Shown here: positions 9,190-19,949 of the stretch, piece by piece
Layout of the letters: every line of letters begins with the position of its first letter
Position numbering within the stretch: the first letter of the stretch is position 1
NCBI GenBank assembly: GCA_045658805.1
Contig: JAZOVQ010000053.1
Location: forward strand, 10,837-74,836
DNA length: 64,000 nt
Reading direction: 5' to 3'
Source of the DNA: Candidatus Scatosoma sp.
Lineage (GTDB): Bacteria; Bacillota; Clostridia; Christensenellales; Borkfalkiaceae
Made by a program: the position numbers and the translations under genes
Notes under the pieces: generated by a model
Database searches by the model: none
Seen by the model: the letters and a program-made list of their open reading frames with translations, nothing else
Told to the model about the DNA's origin: nothing

Positions 9190-9308
9190 AGTTTCCTCCT
9201 TTTTCTTCCCCGTTTTCGGGAACGCCCCCTGCACATATAACAGGTTGCTATTCTTATTATAGCACGCTTATTTTGCAAAGTCAATACTTTTTTTAAATTT
9301 TACTTCGT

Positions 9309-11326
<2,018 letters not shown>

Positions 11327-11337
11327 TTAAAAACTCC

Positions 11338-13824
11338 TCAAAGCACCGTCAAAGGCGCAAGGTTTGCGGACAGCGATTTGATACCCAATCCCTCAAACGC
11401 CACGTCGACGCTCATGTTCGTTCCCACGCCGCGAACGTTGACGATTGTGCCGTCGCCAAACTTGGGGTGACGCACTTTTACGCCAATTTTAAAACCGCTT
11501 AAATCCTTACCCGCGTTGCTCTTTAACATACTGCTTGCTTTGCCTACGCCGCCGTATACAAATCCACTGGATTTGGTTTGCGAAGCCTGCGCCGTATGCG
11601 CCGTTCTCGTCGGTTGCGCGCTTTGCGCCCCGTAAGTAAACCCACCGTAGGACGAGCTTCCGTAGGAAGAACCGCCATAGCCGTTTCCGTTCCACGTCGA
11701 ACGAGTAACCCCCGACGAGGATCTAGACGAATCCCCATAACTCTTACCATAGGACGAACCGCCGTAAGACGAGCCGCCGTAGGACGAGCCATAGCTGTTT
11801 TTACCGCCGTAACCGTCATTCGACGCGTACCTGCCCCCACCGTACGAGGAATTTCCATAGTTTTCAGGGTCGTCATAATCGCCATAGCCCATCGGCAAAC
11901 GACGGGTTTCTTTGGGTAATTCGACGTGCGAAGAAAGTTCTTTTAAGAAACGAGAACGAGCCGTCGGCTCACGTCTGCCGTACAAATAACGGCTCTTGGA
12001 ACGGGTAAGATACAACCGTTCTTTGGCTCTGGTAATGGCAACATACATCAAGCGGCGTTCCTCTTCCATATCATCGTCGTTATCCACCGCACGGGAAACG
12101 GGCATGATATTTTCTTCCAAACCGCAAATAAATACGCAACGGAATTCCAACCCCTTTACCGCGTGTACGGTGGCAAGAGTAACATAATCGCTATCGTCCA
12201 TTTCGTCCGTATCCGAGGACAAGGTAACTTGGTTAAGATAATCGGTAAGGCTTGCACCAGGGTTAAGCTTAACGTATTCCTCTACCGAATTGATAAATTC
12301 TTCAATATTGGCGCGCTTATTGATACTTTCGTCCGATTCGTCAGCGTACGCTTCACGCATTTGCGTGTCCGCAATAATATTTTTTACCAGCTCGTTGACG
12401 GGCAATTCTAACGAATCAATAATCCAATTTTTGACGAGATTACGGAAATCGAACAGCTTTTGACGGGTTGCGCCCGTAAAGCCGATTTCGTCCAAATCCA
12501 ACAGCGCGTCGTAAAGGGACATTTCATTTTCGTACGCATAATTTTGCAAAGCGTCCACCGTTCTTGCGCCGATACCGCGCTTGGGGAAATTGATAATACG
12601 AAGCACCGCTTCGCTGTCCAAAGGATTGTTTACCAAGCGCAAATACGCAAGCAAATCCTTAATTTCCTTTCTTTCGAAGAACTTGAAACCGCCAAACACT
12701 TTGTAGGGGATACCGTCCCCCGTAAACTCTTGTTCGAAAGAACGCGTCAATGCGTTCAAACGCATCAAAATGGCAAAATCGGAATATTTATACCCTTGAC
12801 GCATCAAGCCTGCAATACATTGCGCAATGTAACGCGCCTCGCCGCTTTCCTCTTCCGTTTCACGAACGGTGGCAGGCTCGCCCTCGTCGTTCTCCGTCCA
12901 AAGCGTTTTGTCTTTACGGTTTCCGTTGTTTTTAATAACGGCGTTGGCAAGCGTCAAAATTTGTTTGGTGGAACGGTAATTTCGCTCCAACTTAAACACT
13001 CTTGCGCCCACGAAATCCTTTTCAAAATGCAATATATTTTCAATTTTCGCACCGCGCCAGCCGTAAATGGACTGGTCGTCGTCACCAACGGCAAACAGGT
13101 TGCCGTGGACGGAAGCGAGAAGCTTGACAATTTCGTATTGAACGGCGTTGGTATCCTGGAACTCGTCTACGAGAATGTAACGGAAACGGCCTCCGAGATA
13201 TTCCCTCGCCTCGCGATTATTTTTCAAAAGCAAACGCGTTTCATTTAAGAGATCGTCAAAATCCAGCGCGTTGTTTTCACGGATATGCTTTTGATATTGT
13301 CTATACACTTTGGTAATATCGTCGATATCGCGGTCCCCTGCGTATTCCTCAGCGTAACGGTCGGGATCAAAACCAAGCATTTTGGCGTTTGCGATATGAT
13401 ATTTGATGCTTTTCAACAGCTTTTCGTCGTCGTAATCACATTCTTGAAAGGACTTTTTGATGATATTATTACGCTCCGTTTCACTGTAAATGGAGAAATT
13501 GGACGAAATACCAGCCTCGGCGGCGTACATACGCAAAATGCGCACGCACATGCTGTGAATGGTGCATACCCAAGAACGGGAAACGTCGGTGATCGCGCTT
13601 AAACGCTCCTTCATTTCGTTGGCGGCCTTGTTGGTGAAGGTAATGGCAAGAATGGCCTCGGACGGCACGCCAAGCTCTTCCACAAGGTACGCAATACGCG
13701 TGGTAAGCACACGGGTTTTACCGCTGCCTGCGCCTGCAAGCACAAGCACCGCGCCTTCCGTTTGAAGCACGGGTTTTAATTGTTCGTCATTTAATTTGTC
13801 TATCAAAGCATCAATATTAACCAT
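11338..13824 (-). CDS. pcrA: ATP-dependent DNA helicase PcrA/UvrD, with an expanded Gly/Ser/Tyr-rich linker before the C-terminal Tudor-like domain
   Basis: 828 aa. Walker A AGAGSGKT, DEFQDTN box and an SF1 helicase core. The pcrA-ligA adjacency is as in Bacilli and Clostridia. Confidence 0.95.
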   Translation of the reverse strand: MVNIDALIDKLNDEQLKPVLQTEGAVLVLAGAGSGKTRVLTTRIAYLVEELGVPSEAILAITFTNKAANEMKERLSAITDVSRSWVCTIHSMCVRILRMYAAEAGISSNFSIYSETERNNIIKKSFQECDYDDEKLLKSIKYHIANAKMLGFDPDRYAEEYAGDRDIDDITKVYRQYQKHIRENNALDFDDLLNETRLLLKNNREAREYLGGRFRYILVDEFQDTNAVQYEIVKLLASVHGNLFAVGDDDQSIYGWRGAKIENILHFEKDFVGARVFKLERNYRSTKQILTLANAVIKNNGNRKDKTLWTENDEGEPATVRETEEESGEARYIAQCIAGLMRQGYKYSDFAILMRLNALTRSFEQEFTGDGIPYKVFGGFKFFERKEIKDLLAYLRLVNNPLDSEAVLRIINFPKRGIGARTVDALQNYAYENEMSLYDALLDLDEIGFTGATRQKLFDFRNLVKNWIIDSLELPVNELVKNIIADTQMREAYADESDESINKRANIEEFINSVEEYVKLNPGASLTDYLNQVTLSSDTDEMDDSDYVTLATVHAVKGLEFRCVFICGLEENIMPVSRAVDNDDDMEEERRLMYVAITRAKERLYLTRSKSRYLYGRREPTARSRFLKELSSHVELPKETRRLPMGYGDYDDPENYGNSSYGGGRYASNDGYGGKNSYGSSYGGSSYGGSSYGKSYGDSSRSSSGVTRSTWNGNGYGGSSYGSSSYGGFTYGAQSAQPTRTAHTAQASQTKSSGFVYGGVGKASSMLKSNAGKDLSGFKIGVKVRHPKFGDGTIVNVRGVGTNMSVDVAFEGLGIKSLSANLAPLTVL

Positions 13825-13903
13825 AACAAAAATATTATAGCATACTTACAACAATTTTGCAAGTGTTGCGCTTGGCAATACGTTTTTTATAAAAGAATTT
13901 TAT

Positions 13904-13933
13904 AAAAAAATCCGCGGAGGCAATCTCCGCAGA
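13904..13933 (-). terminator. Rho-independent terminator after the 13943-14908 gene
   Basis: Minus strand TCTGCGGAG-ATTGC-CTCCGCGGA (9 bp including one G-U pair), followed by T7. Confidence 0.75.
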
Positions 13934-13942
13934 TTTTTATCT

Positions 13943-14908
13943 TTAAAACCTTCGTTCTTTCACGTCACTTTTCCAATAGTTACCACAATAAACACAGCTC
14001 CATTCGTACCGATAACGATATGTCTTCTCCGTTACCTCTTTCGAGTGTTCTACCGTATGGTACACGTCAGCTACCTTGTTCCCTGTTTTGGTTTGTACTT
14101 CTCCCCATTTTTCTTTGCTTTTCCAGCTGTCCGTCGCGGTATATTTTTTCTCTCCGAGAATCACTCGTTTACCCGTCACTATCTTTTTGCATTTTGGACA
14201 TTTGCCGTTGCGATTTTTGGAAACAAGCCACTCCGCTTCCGATTGACCGCCAAGCATCAAAAAGCTTAACACGCCCGCCCACGTAAACTCCAAGCCGTGG
14301 GTTCGTAAAATTTTTACAATTAGAATGACAAGGAATATCCCTGCGCCTACCCCGACCAAAACGCTCCAGTCTATCCCTATGAAGAAAAAGGCAGGAAGCA
14401 TATATACCAATGGAAGATAACTCTTTTTATCGTGGCCGCCCTTCAATACGTAAAACATATTGATTCCCCTAACGAGGTGGATAAACAGCCCCAATCCCAC
14501 TACGGAAATTACGGAAGCGTACGCAACGTTCACCATCAAACACACCGCTGCAACGCCAACCGCCAACGTGGTGAGCAATACGATGATAGAAAAAGATACC
14601 ACAAACCATTTATCGTTGTCCGTAACCTTTAAAAGCAGTAAATCCAAGGGCAAAAACATAAACAAAAACACCGCCATTAAGCCTATGGATAAATCCTCCG
14701 CGTATATTGCGCTCGCGTTTTTCGTATTGAAAATTCCGTCGAAAACAATACCCAGCACTCCTCCGGAAGCTTCTTGCTTAAAAAGGTATAAAAGTCCAAT
14801 AATCGTAGGCAAAAACAGGCAATAGGCAACCAGCCTTACCACCTCTCTCCCTTTCCTGCCCTCGGCTTCATAAAAGAATTTTCGCACGCTTTCTCTTATC
14901 TTTTGCAT
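13943..14908 (-). CDS. Polytopic membrane protein with C-terminal zinc-ribbon (unknown function)
   Basis: 321 aa, about 6 hydrophobic helices, then a cytoplasmic tail with CPKCKK...(about 55 aa)...CVYCGN. GAGGAG SD and its own promoter and terminator. Confidence 0.7.
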   Translation of the reverse strand: MQKIRESVRKFFYEAEGRKGREVVRLVAYCLFLPTIIGLLYLFKQEASGGVLGIVFDGIFNTKNASAIYAEDLSIGLMAVFLFMFLPLDLLLLKVTDNDKWFVVSFSIIVLLTTLAVGVAAVCLMVNVAYASVISVVGLGLFIHLVRGINMFYVLKGGHDKKSYLPLVYMLPAFFFIGIDWSVLVGVGAGIFLVILIVKILRTHGLEFTWAGVLSFLMLGGQSEAEWLVSKNRNGKCPKCKKIVTGKRVILGEKKYTATDSWKSKEKWGEVQTKTGNKVADVYHTVEHSKEVTEKTYRYRYEWSCVYCGNYWKSDVKERRF

Positions 14909-14994
14909 TTCATTTTCTCCTCATTCCCTCATACGTAATTTCACAAATGCCCCAGTCTTTTTTAAACGGACTCTTTTATAGTAATTTTAAAACT

Positions 14995-15023
14995 ATTTTA
15001 CCACACTTTGGGGCAATTGTCAA
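14995..15023 (-). promoter_or_regulatory. Extended -10 promoter for the 13943-14908 gene
   Basis: Minus strand TTGACA (15023-15018), 17 nt, TGgTAAAAT (-10 at 15000-14995). Confidence 0.6.
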
Positions 15024-15059
15024 TGGGTTGAAAATTTTTATTACCCTTAAAAATGCAAC

Positions 15060-15476
15060 CTATGCCTTGCTGTCTAAAACTTCAAATTCGCATTCCCGTC
15101 TAAAGCGTTCAAGCGCACGCAAATACCGCTCGCTTAAGCTTAAATTGTAACGCTGTTTTTCTTCGTACGACAATCCGTCGTAATAAGCCTTGTCGGTAAG
15201 CCGACCGATTGCATCGCTCACTTCGCCCTCGGAAAGGAGCAGTTCTTTCACTTTGAGATAAAAATCGTCCTGCTTTTCGCCTGCTATTTTTGCCGAGACC
15301 TGCGTTTTAAAAAACTGGCTTGCTTTGCTTTCGTTAAGACCATGCTCCCTGGCTTTTTCTTTTTTCTCGTGCATTTCCTCTTGGCAATCCGACCAAAATC
15401 CGCTTTTCATGCGCGTTTTTGCAAGCCTTGCTTCTTCTCTTAACGTACGTGCCGCCACCTTTACAGTTTCCGCCAT
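15060..15476 (-). CDS. Hypothetical helical, charged 138-aa protein
   Basis: AAAGGAGAGG SD before the ATG. No motif recognised. Sits between rpsU and the membrane zinc-ribbon gene. Confidence 0.55.
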   Translation of the reverse strand: MAETVKVAARTLREEARLAKTRMKSGFWSDCQEEMHEKKEKAREHGLNESKASQFFKTQVSAKIAGEKQDDFYLKVKELLLSEGEVSDAIGRLTDKAYYDGLSYEEKQRYNLSLSERYLRALERFRRECEFEVLDSKA

Positions 15477-15515
15477 AACCTCTCCTTTTTAATCATTTCT
15501 CGACAATTTTCGCAA

Positions 15516-15541
15516 ACAAAAAAGCTCGCTTTCGCGAGCTC
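15516..15541 (-). terminator. Rho-independent terminator after rpsU
   Basis: Minus strand AGCTCGC-GAAA-GCGAGCT, followed by TTTTTTG. Confidence 0.8.
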
Positions 15542-15547
15542 TTTCTT

Positions 15548-15724
15548 TTAGTTTCTGCTTCTCTTTCTTGCAGCTTCCGACTTCTTCTTTCTTCTTACGG
15601 AAGGTTTTTCATAAAATTCCTTCTTACGAAGATCGCCGATGATACCGTCACGAGAGCATTTTCTCTTAAAACGACGCAATGCGCTTTCTACGTTTTCGTT
15701 TTCACCTACTTTAACCGTGGACAT
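15548..15724 (-). CDS. rpsU: 30S ribosomal protein S21
   Basis: Start trimmed to [55 protein letters not shown], a canonical S21 sequence. Confidence 0.9.
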   Translation of the reverse strand: MSTVKVGENENVESALRRFKRKCSRDGIIGDLRKKEFYEKPSVRRKKKSEAARKRSRN

Positions 15725-15768
15725 TCTTTTCACCTGCCTTTGCCGATGCATTTATTGATTACCACGTA

Positions 15769-15797
15769 ATTATAGCAATTTGAAAGTTTTATGTCAA
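15769..15797 (-). promoter_or_regulatory. Consensus SigA promoter for rpsU
   Basis: Minus strand TTGACA (15797-15792), 17 nt, TATAAT (15774-15769). Confidence 0.65.
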
Positions 15798-15918
15798 GTC
15801 TTTTTTTGCCGTTTTTGCAACCTTTTTCCGCTTTTTTATTCTTTTTTCCTTTCCCGAAAAAAAGTATTTGTCAGCTTTTGACGATTACCGTCAAAATTTG
15901 TAGAAAAGCTTTTCCGCC

Positions 15919-16551
15919 TTATTCTACCTGCTCGAAATCTTCAGCGGGGTGCTTGCACCACGGGCACACGAAATCGGCGGGAAGCTCCTCACCCTCGTGC
16001 GTATAACCGCAAATTTTACAAACCCATTTATGCGTTTTCTTTTCGCCTTCCGCCGCCGCGTCCGTTTTTGCCGCGGGCTTGGGTTTGATATTTTTCAAAT
16101 AATATTCATACGAAACCGAAGGCTCGTCGGAAAGCTTTTTCGCTTCCGTTACTTCCGCCACGAACAGCGTATGCGTGCCGTAATCGTAATGATCAATAAC
16201 TTTCGCGCTCATTACAGCGTTGGCGCAATCGGAAAGATAATTTAAACCGTTTTCCGTCTTTGCATAGCTGCCGCCTGCAAATTTGTCCACGTCCCTGCCC
16301 GATGCAAAACCAAATTGTTTAAACACGTCAAACGGCGTCTTTTCCGTCAAGACGGATACGTTTAATACCCCCGTCGCGCGCAAAAGCGATTCGGAATAAT
16401 TCGCTTTATTAACAAACACTACGATACGGTTAGGCTTATCCGTCAACATCATTACCGTATTGACAATACAGCCGTTTTGTTTTTGTCCATCCGTCGTCGT
16501 CAACATAAACAATCCGTACGTTAATTTGTACATCGCTTCACGTTCAATCAT
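15919..16551 (-). CDS. Flavin-reductase-domain / rubredoxin fusion (high-molecular-weight rubredoxin type)
   Basis: An FMN-binding split-barrel flavin reductase-like N-terminal domain is fused to a C-terminal rubredoxin WVCKICGYTHEGEELPADFVCPWCKHPAEDFE. Likely start is the ATG at 16551, 9 nt after AAGGAG (the ORF track starts at 16569). Confidence 0.85.
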   Translation of the reverse strand: MIEREAMYKLTYGLFMLTTTDGQKQNGCIVNTVMMLTDKPNRIVVFVNKANYSESLLRATGVLNVSVLTEKTPFDVFKQFGFASGRDVDKFAGGSYAKTENGLNYLSDCANAVMSAKVIDHYDYGTHTLFVAEVTEAKKLSDEPSVSYEYYLKNIKPKPAAKTDAAAEGEKKTHKWVCKICGYTHEGEELPADFVCPWCKHPAEDFEQVE

Positions 16552-16575
16552 ATCATTACGCTCCTTCAAAGCTTT

Positions 16576-16938
16576 TTATTTGTTTTTCCACGCGCCGTGC
16601 AAATTGCAATACGCATACACAGCCACAACCTTTTCCCCTTCGCCAAGCGCGAACTTCACTACGGGCGCCGCGCCTGCTTGCAAGGTTTTCACTTCGTAAC
16701 CGTTTTCCTTTTCAACGGCTACCCATTCGATAAGATGCTCCGCCGTCATCGGGTGCGTTACACTGCCCACCGATACCGTCACTTCGCTGCCGGCCACCGT
16801 AACTACGGGTACGTGCTTTTCTACCGCCGCGTCCGTCGTATCAGGTATAACTTCCGTCCAACCATCCAATTTTTTTATTTCGCTTAACGACAGCAACGTC
16901 TTGCCACATTTATCACATTTGTATATTCTTAAAGCCAT
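16576..16938 (-). CDS. Superoxide reductase (desulfoferrodoxin/neelaredoxin family)
   Basis: 120 aa. Centre-II ligand pattern EKHVPV, HPMTAEHLIEW and CNLHGAW. The N-terminal domain keeps only one CxxC (YKCDKCG), so a complete desulforedoxin FeCys4 site is not supported. Confidence 0.9.
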   Translation of the reverse strand: MALRIYKCDKCGKTLLSLSEIKKLDGWTEVIPDTTDAAVEKHVPVVTVAGSEVTVSVGSVTHPMTAEHLIEWVAVEKENGYEVKTLQAGAAPVVKFALGEGEKVVAVYAYCNLHGAWKNK

Positions 16939-16984
16939 AATTTTTTTCCTCCTGTTATCCTTAATAGGATTTAATCTTATTTAG

Positions 16985-17013
16985 ATTATAACATATAATT
17001 TAACGTATGTCAA
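16985..17013 (-). promoter_or_regulatory. Consensus SigA promoter of the superoxide reductase operon, with an overlapping inverted repeat
   Basis: Minus strand TTGACA (17013-17008), 17 nt, TATAAT (16990-16985). The inverted repeat ATTATA-ACA-TATAAT (16985-16999) overlaps the -10. Confidence 0.65.
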
Positions 17014-17072
17014 CAGTTTTTGTAAAATTTCTCAAAAAAATTTATTGCGTTGGTTTTTAGCTTTATCGGTTG

Positions 17073-17879
17073 TTAATTGCAGCCGTATTTATACAGCAAT
17101 TCCTCGACGTATTGTAAAGCGTCAAGAAGCTCGGTTTCCGTTTGATAATCCTTTTGATAGGCCTCCAATAAAATAGCGCCGTCAAACCCGACGTCTTTCA
17201 GGCGTTTGATAAGAGTGGCAAAATCGAACGAACCCTTTCCAGGCAGGCACATTTTGCCCATATCGTCAATATCGGAAACGTGCGCGTACGCTATGCGCGA
17301 GGACATTTCGTTGAGATATTCCTCATAACCAAACCCCGAAATGCGCGCTTGCTTAATATCCAAAACCCCTCGTAAATCGGGGACGTATTTGATCATTTCG
17401 TTAAACACGCCAGGGCGGTTATAGGTGGACCATTCGACGTTTTCCAAGCACAGCGTTACGCCGTCGCGTTGACAAGCGTCAAAGACCTCGGCAAGCCCCT
17501 TGCCCATTCTTTCAAAATTGTCGTTGGCAGGATTGCGCGCCGCGCGTTTGTATCTCGCCGTTCCGTGAAAGGTATAATAGGGCGCGCCTAAAATTTTCGC
17601 CGCCGTACTCACCTTTTTCAGCATAGCAAACGCGTCCGCTTTTACCCGCGCATGCTCGGCAAACAGCTGCGGCTCGAAATGGGAATTTAAAATATGCACC
17701 GAGTTCACGAAAACGTCACCCTTGCGCTGTAATAACAATTCGGCAAAATCCTGCTCGTATTCGCAATAGGACGTAAGGAAAACCTCGGCGGTTTTCACCC
17801 CCGAATCCGCTAAATACGCCAAAGCGTCCTCATTGTTTCGCCGTAAAAACAGCGACGCTGTCGATATCCCTGCGCGCAT
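17073..17879 (-). CDS. Sugar phosphate isomerase/epimerase (xylose-isomerase-like TIM barrel) family protein
   Basis: 268 aa. The general AP-endonuclease-2 / xylose isomerase-like TIM pattern (…YYTFHG…, …LCLENV…, …HVSD…, …LLEAY). Substrate unknown. Confidence 0.7.
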   Translation of the reverse strand: MRAGISTASLFLRRNNEDALAYLADSGVKTAEVFLTSYCEYEQDFAELLLQRKGDVFVNSVHILNSHFEPQLFAEHARVKADAFAMLKKVSTAAKILGAPYYTFHGTARYKRAARNPANDNFERMGKGLAEVFDACQRDGVTLCLENVEWSTYNRPGVFNEMIKYVPDLRGVLDIKQARISGFGYEEYLNEMSSRIAYAHVSDIDDMGKMCLPGKGSFDFATLIKRLKDVGFDGAILLEAYQKDYQTETELLDALQYVEELLYKYGCN

Positions 17880-17896
17880 ACTTCCTCTCCGCTACG

Positions 17897-18427
17897 TTAG
17901 TCGATATAATACACTCGGTTTTCCTTTCTCGGCTTCACCGCAGGAATTTCACCGTCGGGATAACCAATAATACAATTACCGATCCCCTCGTATTCCCCTT
18001 CAATACCCAAGTTTTTCAAAAACGCTTTCCATTCAGGCTTTTCAAAAGTTTCTTTGGCTCTATGAATCCAACAGCTGCCCAAACCCAAAGCGTTTGCGGC
18101 AAGCATCATATTTTCCATTACAAGCGAGCCGTCGTACACGTACGTATGCGCGCTCTTATCCGCCAAAACCACCAACACTACGGGTGCGCCGTAAAAAGGA
18201 TCGCGGCGGCCGAAAGGATCGGCGCCGGCGTTTATCTTCGACAATTCGTCACGAATTTCTTTGTTGGTAACTGCCAAAATGATAGGCGCTTGCTTATTCA
18301 GCCCCGACGGAGCATGAAGACCTGCTTGGATAATTTGTTCGATAAGCGCCTTATCGACGGGCTTATCGGTGTATTTTTTCACGCTAACGCGCGAAAGCAT
18401 ATTTTGCAACACAACGTTTTCTTGCAT
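17897..18427 (-). CDS. Nitroreductase family protein
   Basis: 176 aa. RVSVKKYTDKPV N-terminal motif and LGLGSCWI core, typical of the FMN nitroreductase fold. Confidence 0.85.
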   Translation of the reverse strand: MQENVVLQNMLSRVSVKKYTDKPVDKALIEQIIQAGLHAPSGLNKQAPIILAVTNKEIRDELSKINAGADPFGRRDPFYGAPVVLVVLADKSAHTYVYDGSLVMENMMLAANALGLGSCWIHRAKETFEKPEWKAFLKNLGIEGEYEGIGNCIIGYPDGEIPAVKPRKENRVYYID

Positions 18428-18438
18428 ACCGCTCTCCT

Positions 18439-18900
18439 TTATTTTTTATATTCCATATCGGCAGGCGTCCAATTTTGCAACACTTCGCACATGGCTTTGC
18501 CTTCCGCTTTTGCACCAACCAAATCGTGATCGAGATAATTGCCGCATTCCTCTTTCTTGTTGCCAGGAATATCCCCCTCAAAATCACGCACCATAGCAAA
18601 CGCGTTTTTCGTCAACGTAATGGCGTCCGCATAGCTCACTTTATCACGGAGTAAGACGTAAAAACCCGTTCTACAACCCATCGGACCTACGTAAATTACG
18701 TCATCCGCCCATTGGCTGTTTCTTGCGTACGTAGCGAAAATATGCTCTATCGTATGCGCGGCGCTCGGCGAAAGATAATCCCCACCGTTGGGCAGCTTCA
18801 TACGCACGTCGTAGGTCACTACGTCCCCGTCGATACGCGAAACGTACATACCTCTTTCAAGCAAATCGTGATTGACGGTAAAGCTTGCTATCTTCTTCAT
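18439..18900 (-). CDS. luxS: S-ribosylhomocysteine lyase
   Basis: Start trimmed to MKKIASFTVNHDLL. Metal site HTIEHIFATY and GPMGCRTGFY. Confidence 0.95.
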   Translation of the reverse strand: MKKIASFTVNHDLLERGMYVSRIDGDVVTYDVRMKLPNGGDYLSPSAAHTIEHIFATYARNSQWADDVIYVGPMGCRTGFYVLLRDKVSYADAITLTKNAFAMVRDFEGDIPGNKKEECGNYLDHDLVGAKAEGKAMCEVLQNWTPADMEYKK

Positions 18901-18948
18901 ATTCTTCTCCTCTTTGCGCAATTTCACTTCCGTTTTTAAACATGATTT

Positions 18949-19935
18949 TTAAAATAAACCCTTAAATGCAGGGGGCAGGGGCGAGGTTATCGAAATAATT
19001 TCGCCCGTATCGGGGTGCATAAATTCCAACCTCGAAGCATGCAATCCCAAACGCCCAATGGGGGTTTTAGGGTGCCCGTATTTTTCATCGCCTACTACGG
19101 GCGTATTCATTGTTTGCATGTGTACACGAATTTGATTTTTTCTGCCCGTGTCGATTTTCACCTTCAACAAAGCGTATCCGTTGCCTGTTTTCACCGTTTC
19201 ATAATGCGTAATTGCCTTTTGTCCCGACGGGTCTTGCGTCGAATACATTAAATGGTTTTTATTCTCCTTTAAATAGCTGGTAATCGTACCGGATTTTTCA
19301 GCGGGAACTCCCTCAACCAAAGCGTGATATTCACGCGCGCTAACCAATTCATTCCACTTCATTTTCATTTTAGAATGAATTTTGATATCCTTCGCAAACA
19401 CCAAAACACCCGACGTTTCTTTGTCTATGCGGTGCAACAAAAAGGGACGGGAGCTTTTATCGCGCGCTTGGAAATGAGCCAAAAGCTGTGCGTATGCGCT
19501 GTCCGTTTCCGTATCGCTTTCCACCGAAAGCAAACCAACGGGTTTATCAACGGCAATAAAATCGTTATCCTCGTATAAAATTTTCAAAGAAAATCTCGGT
19601 GCGCGAGCAGGCGCGGCCTTTTTCACCGCCATTCTCGGCGCTTTCATAGGCTCTGGTGCTTCCCCTTCCTTAACGGGACGCTTGGAAAGCTTCACTTCGT
19701 CGTCCTTTGCAAGCGGAAAGTTATACTGCGTAACCACGCTTCCGTTGACAAGCACCTGCCGACGGACAAGCAAAGATTTTACGTTGTTTCTCGACGTATT
19801 GCATTTGCGGAGCAAAAACTCCATCAGCTCGTCACTGTGGTTCACTTTATACGTTGCCGAGGGCTTTGCTTGCACTTCATCTCGTACCTGCCCCCTACGT
19901 ACGCCTTGTTTTTCACCTCTACGTTGCATAACCAT
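18949..19935 (-). CDS. RluA-family pseudouridine synthase with N-terminal S4 domain
   Basis: 328 aa. S4-like LLVRRQVLVNGSVV and the catalytic motif HRIDKETSGVLVFAKD. Confidence 0.9.
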   Translation of the reverse strand: MVMQRRGEKQGVRRGQVRDEVQAKPSATYKVNHSDELMEFLLRKCNTSRNNVKSLLVRRQVLVNGSVVTQYNFPLAKDDEVKLSKRPVKEGEAPEPMKAPRMAVKKAAPARAPRFSLKILYEDNDFIAVDKPVGLLSVESDTETDSAYAQLLAHFQARDKSSRPFLLHRIDKETSGVLVFAKDIKIHSKMKMKWNELVSAREYHALVEGVPAEKSGTITSYLKENKNHLMYSTQDPSGQKAITHYETVKTGNGYALLKVKIDTGRKNQIRVHMQTMNTPVVGDEKYGHPKTPIGRLGLHASRLEFMHPDTGEIISITSPLPPAFKGLF

Positions 19936-19949
19936 TCCTCTTTATATCC

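Noticed and set aside
16830-16938. Complete desulforedoxin (FeCys4) domain at the N-terminus of the superoxide reductase, which would make it a class-I desulfoferrodoxin.
   Set aside because: Only one CxxC pair (CDKC) is present and the second Cys pair is missing. It is therefore called a SOR with a degenerate N-terminal domain.
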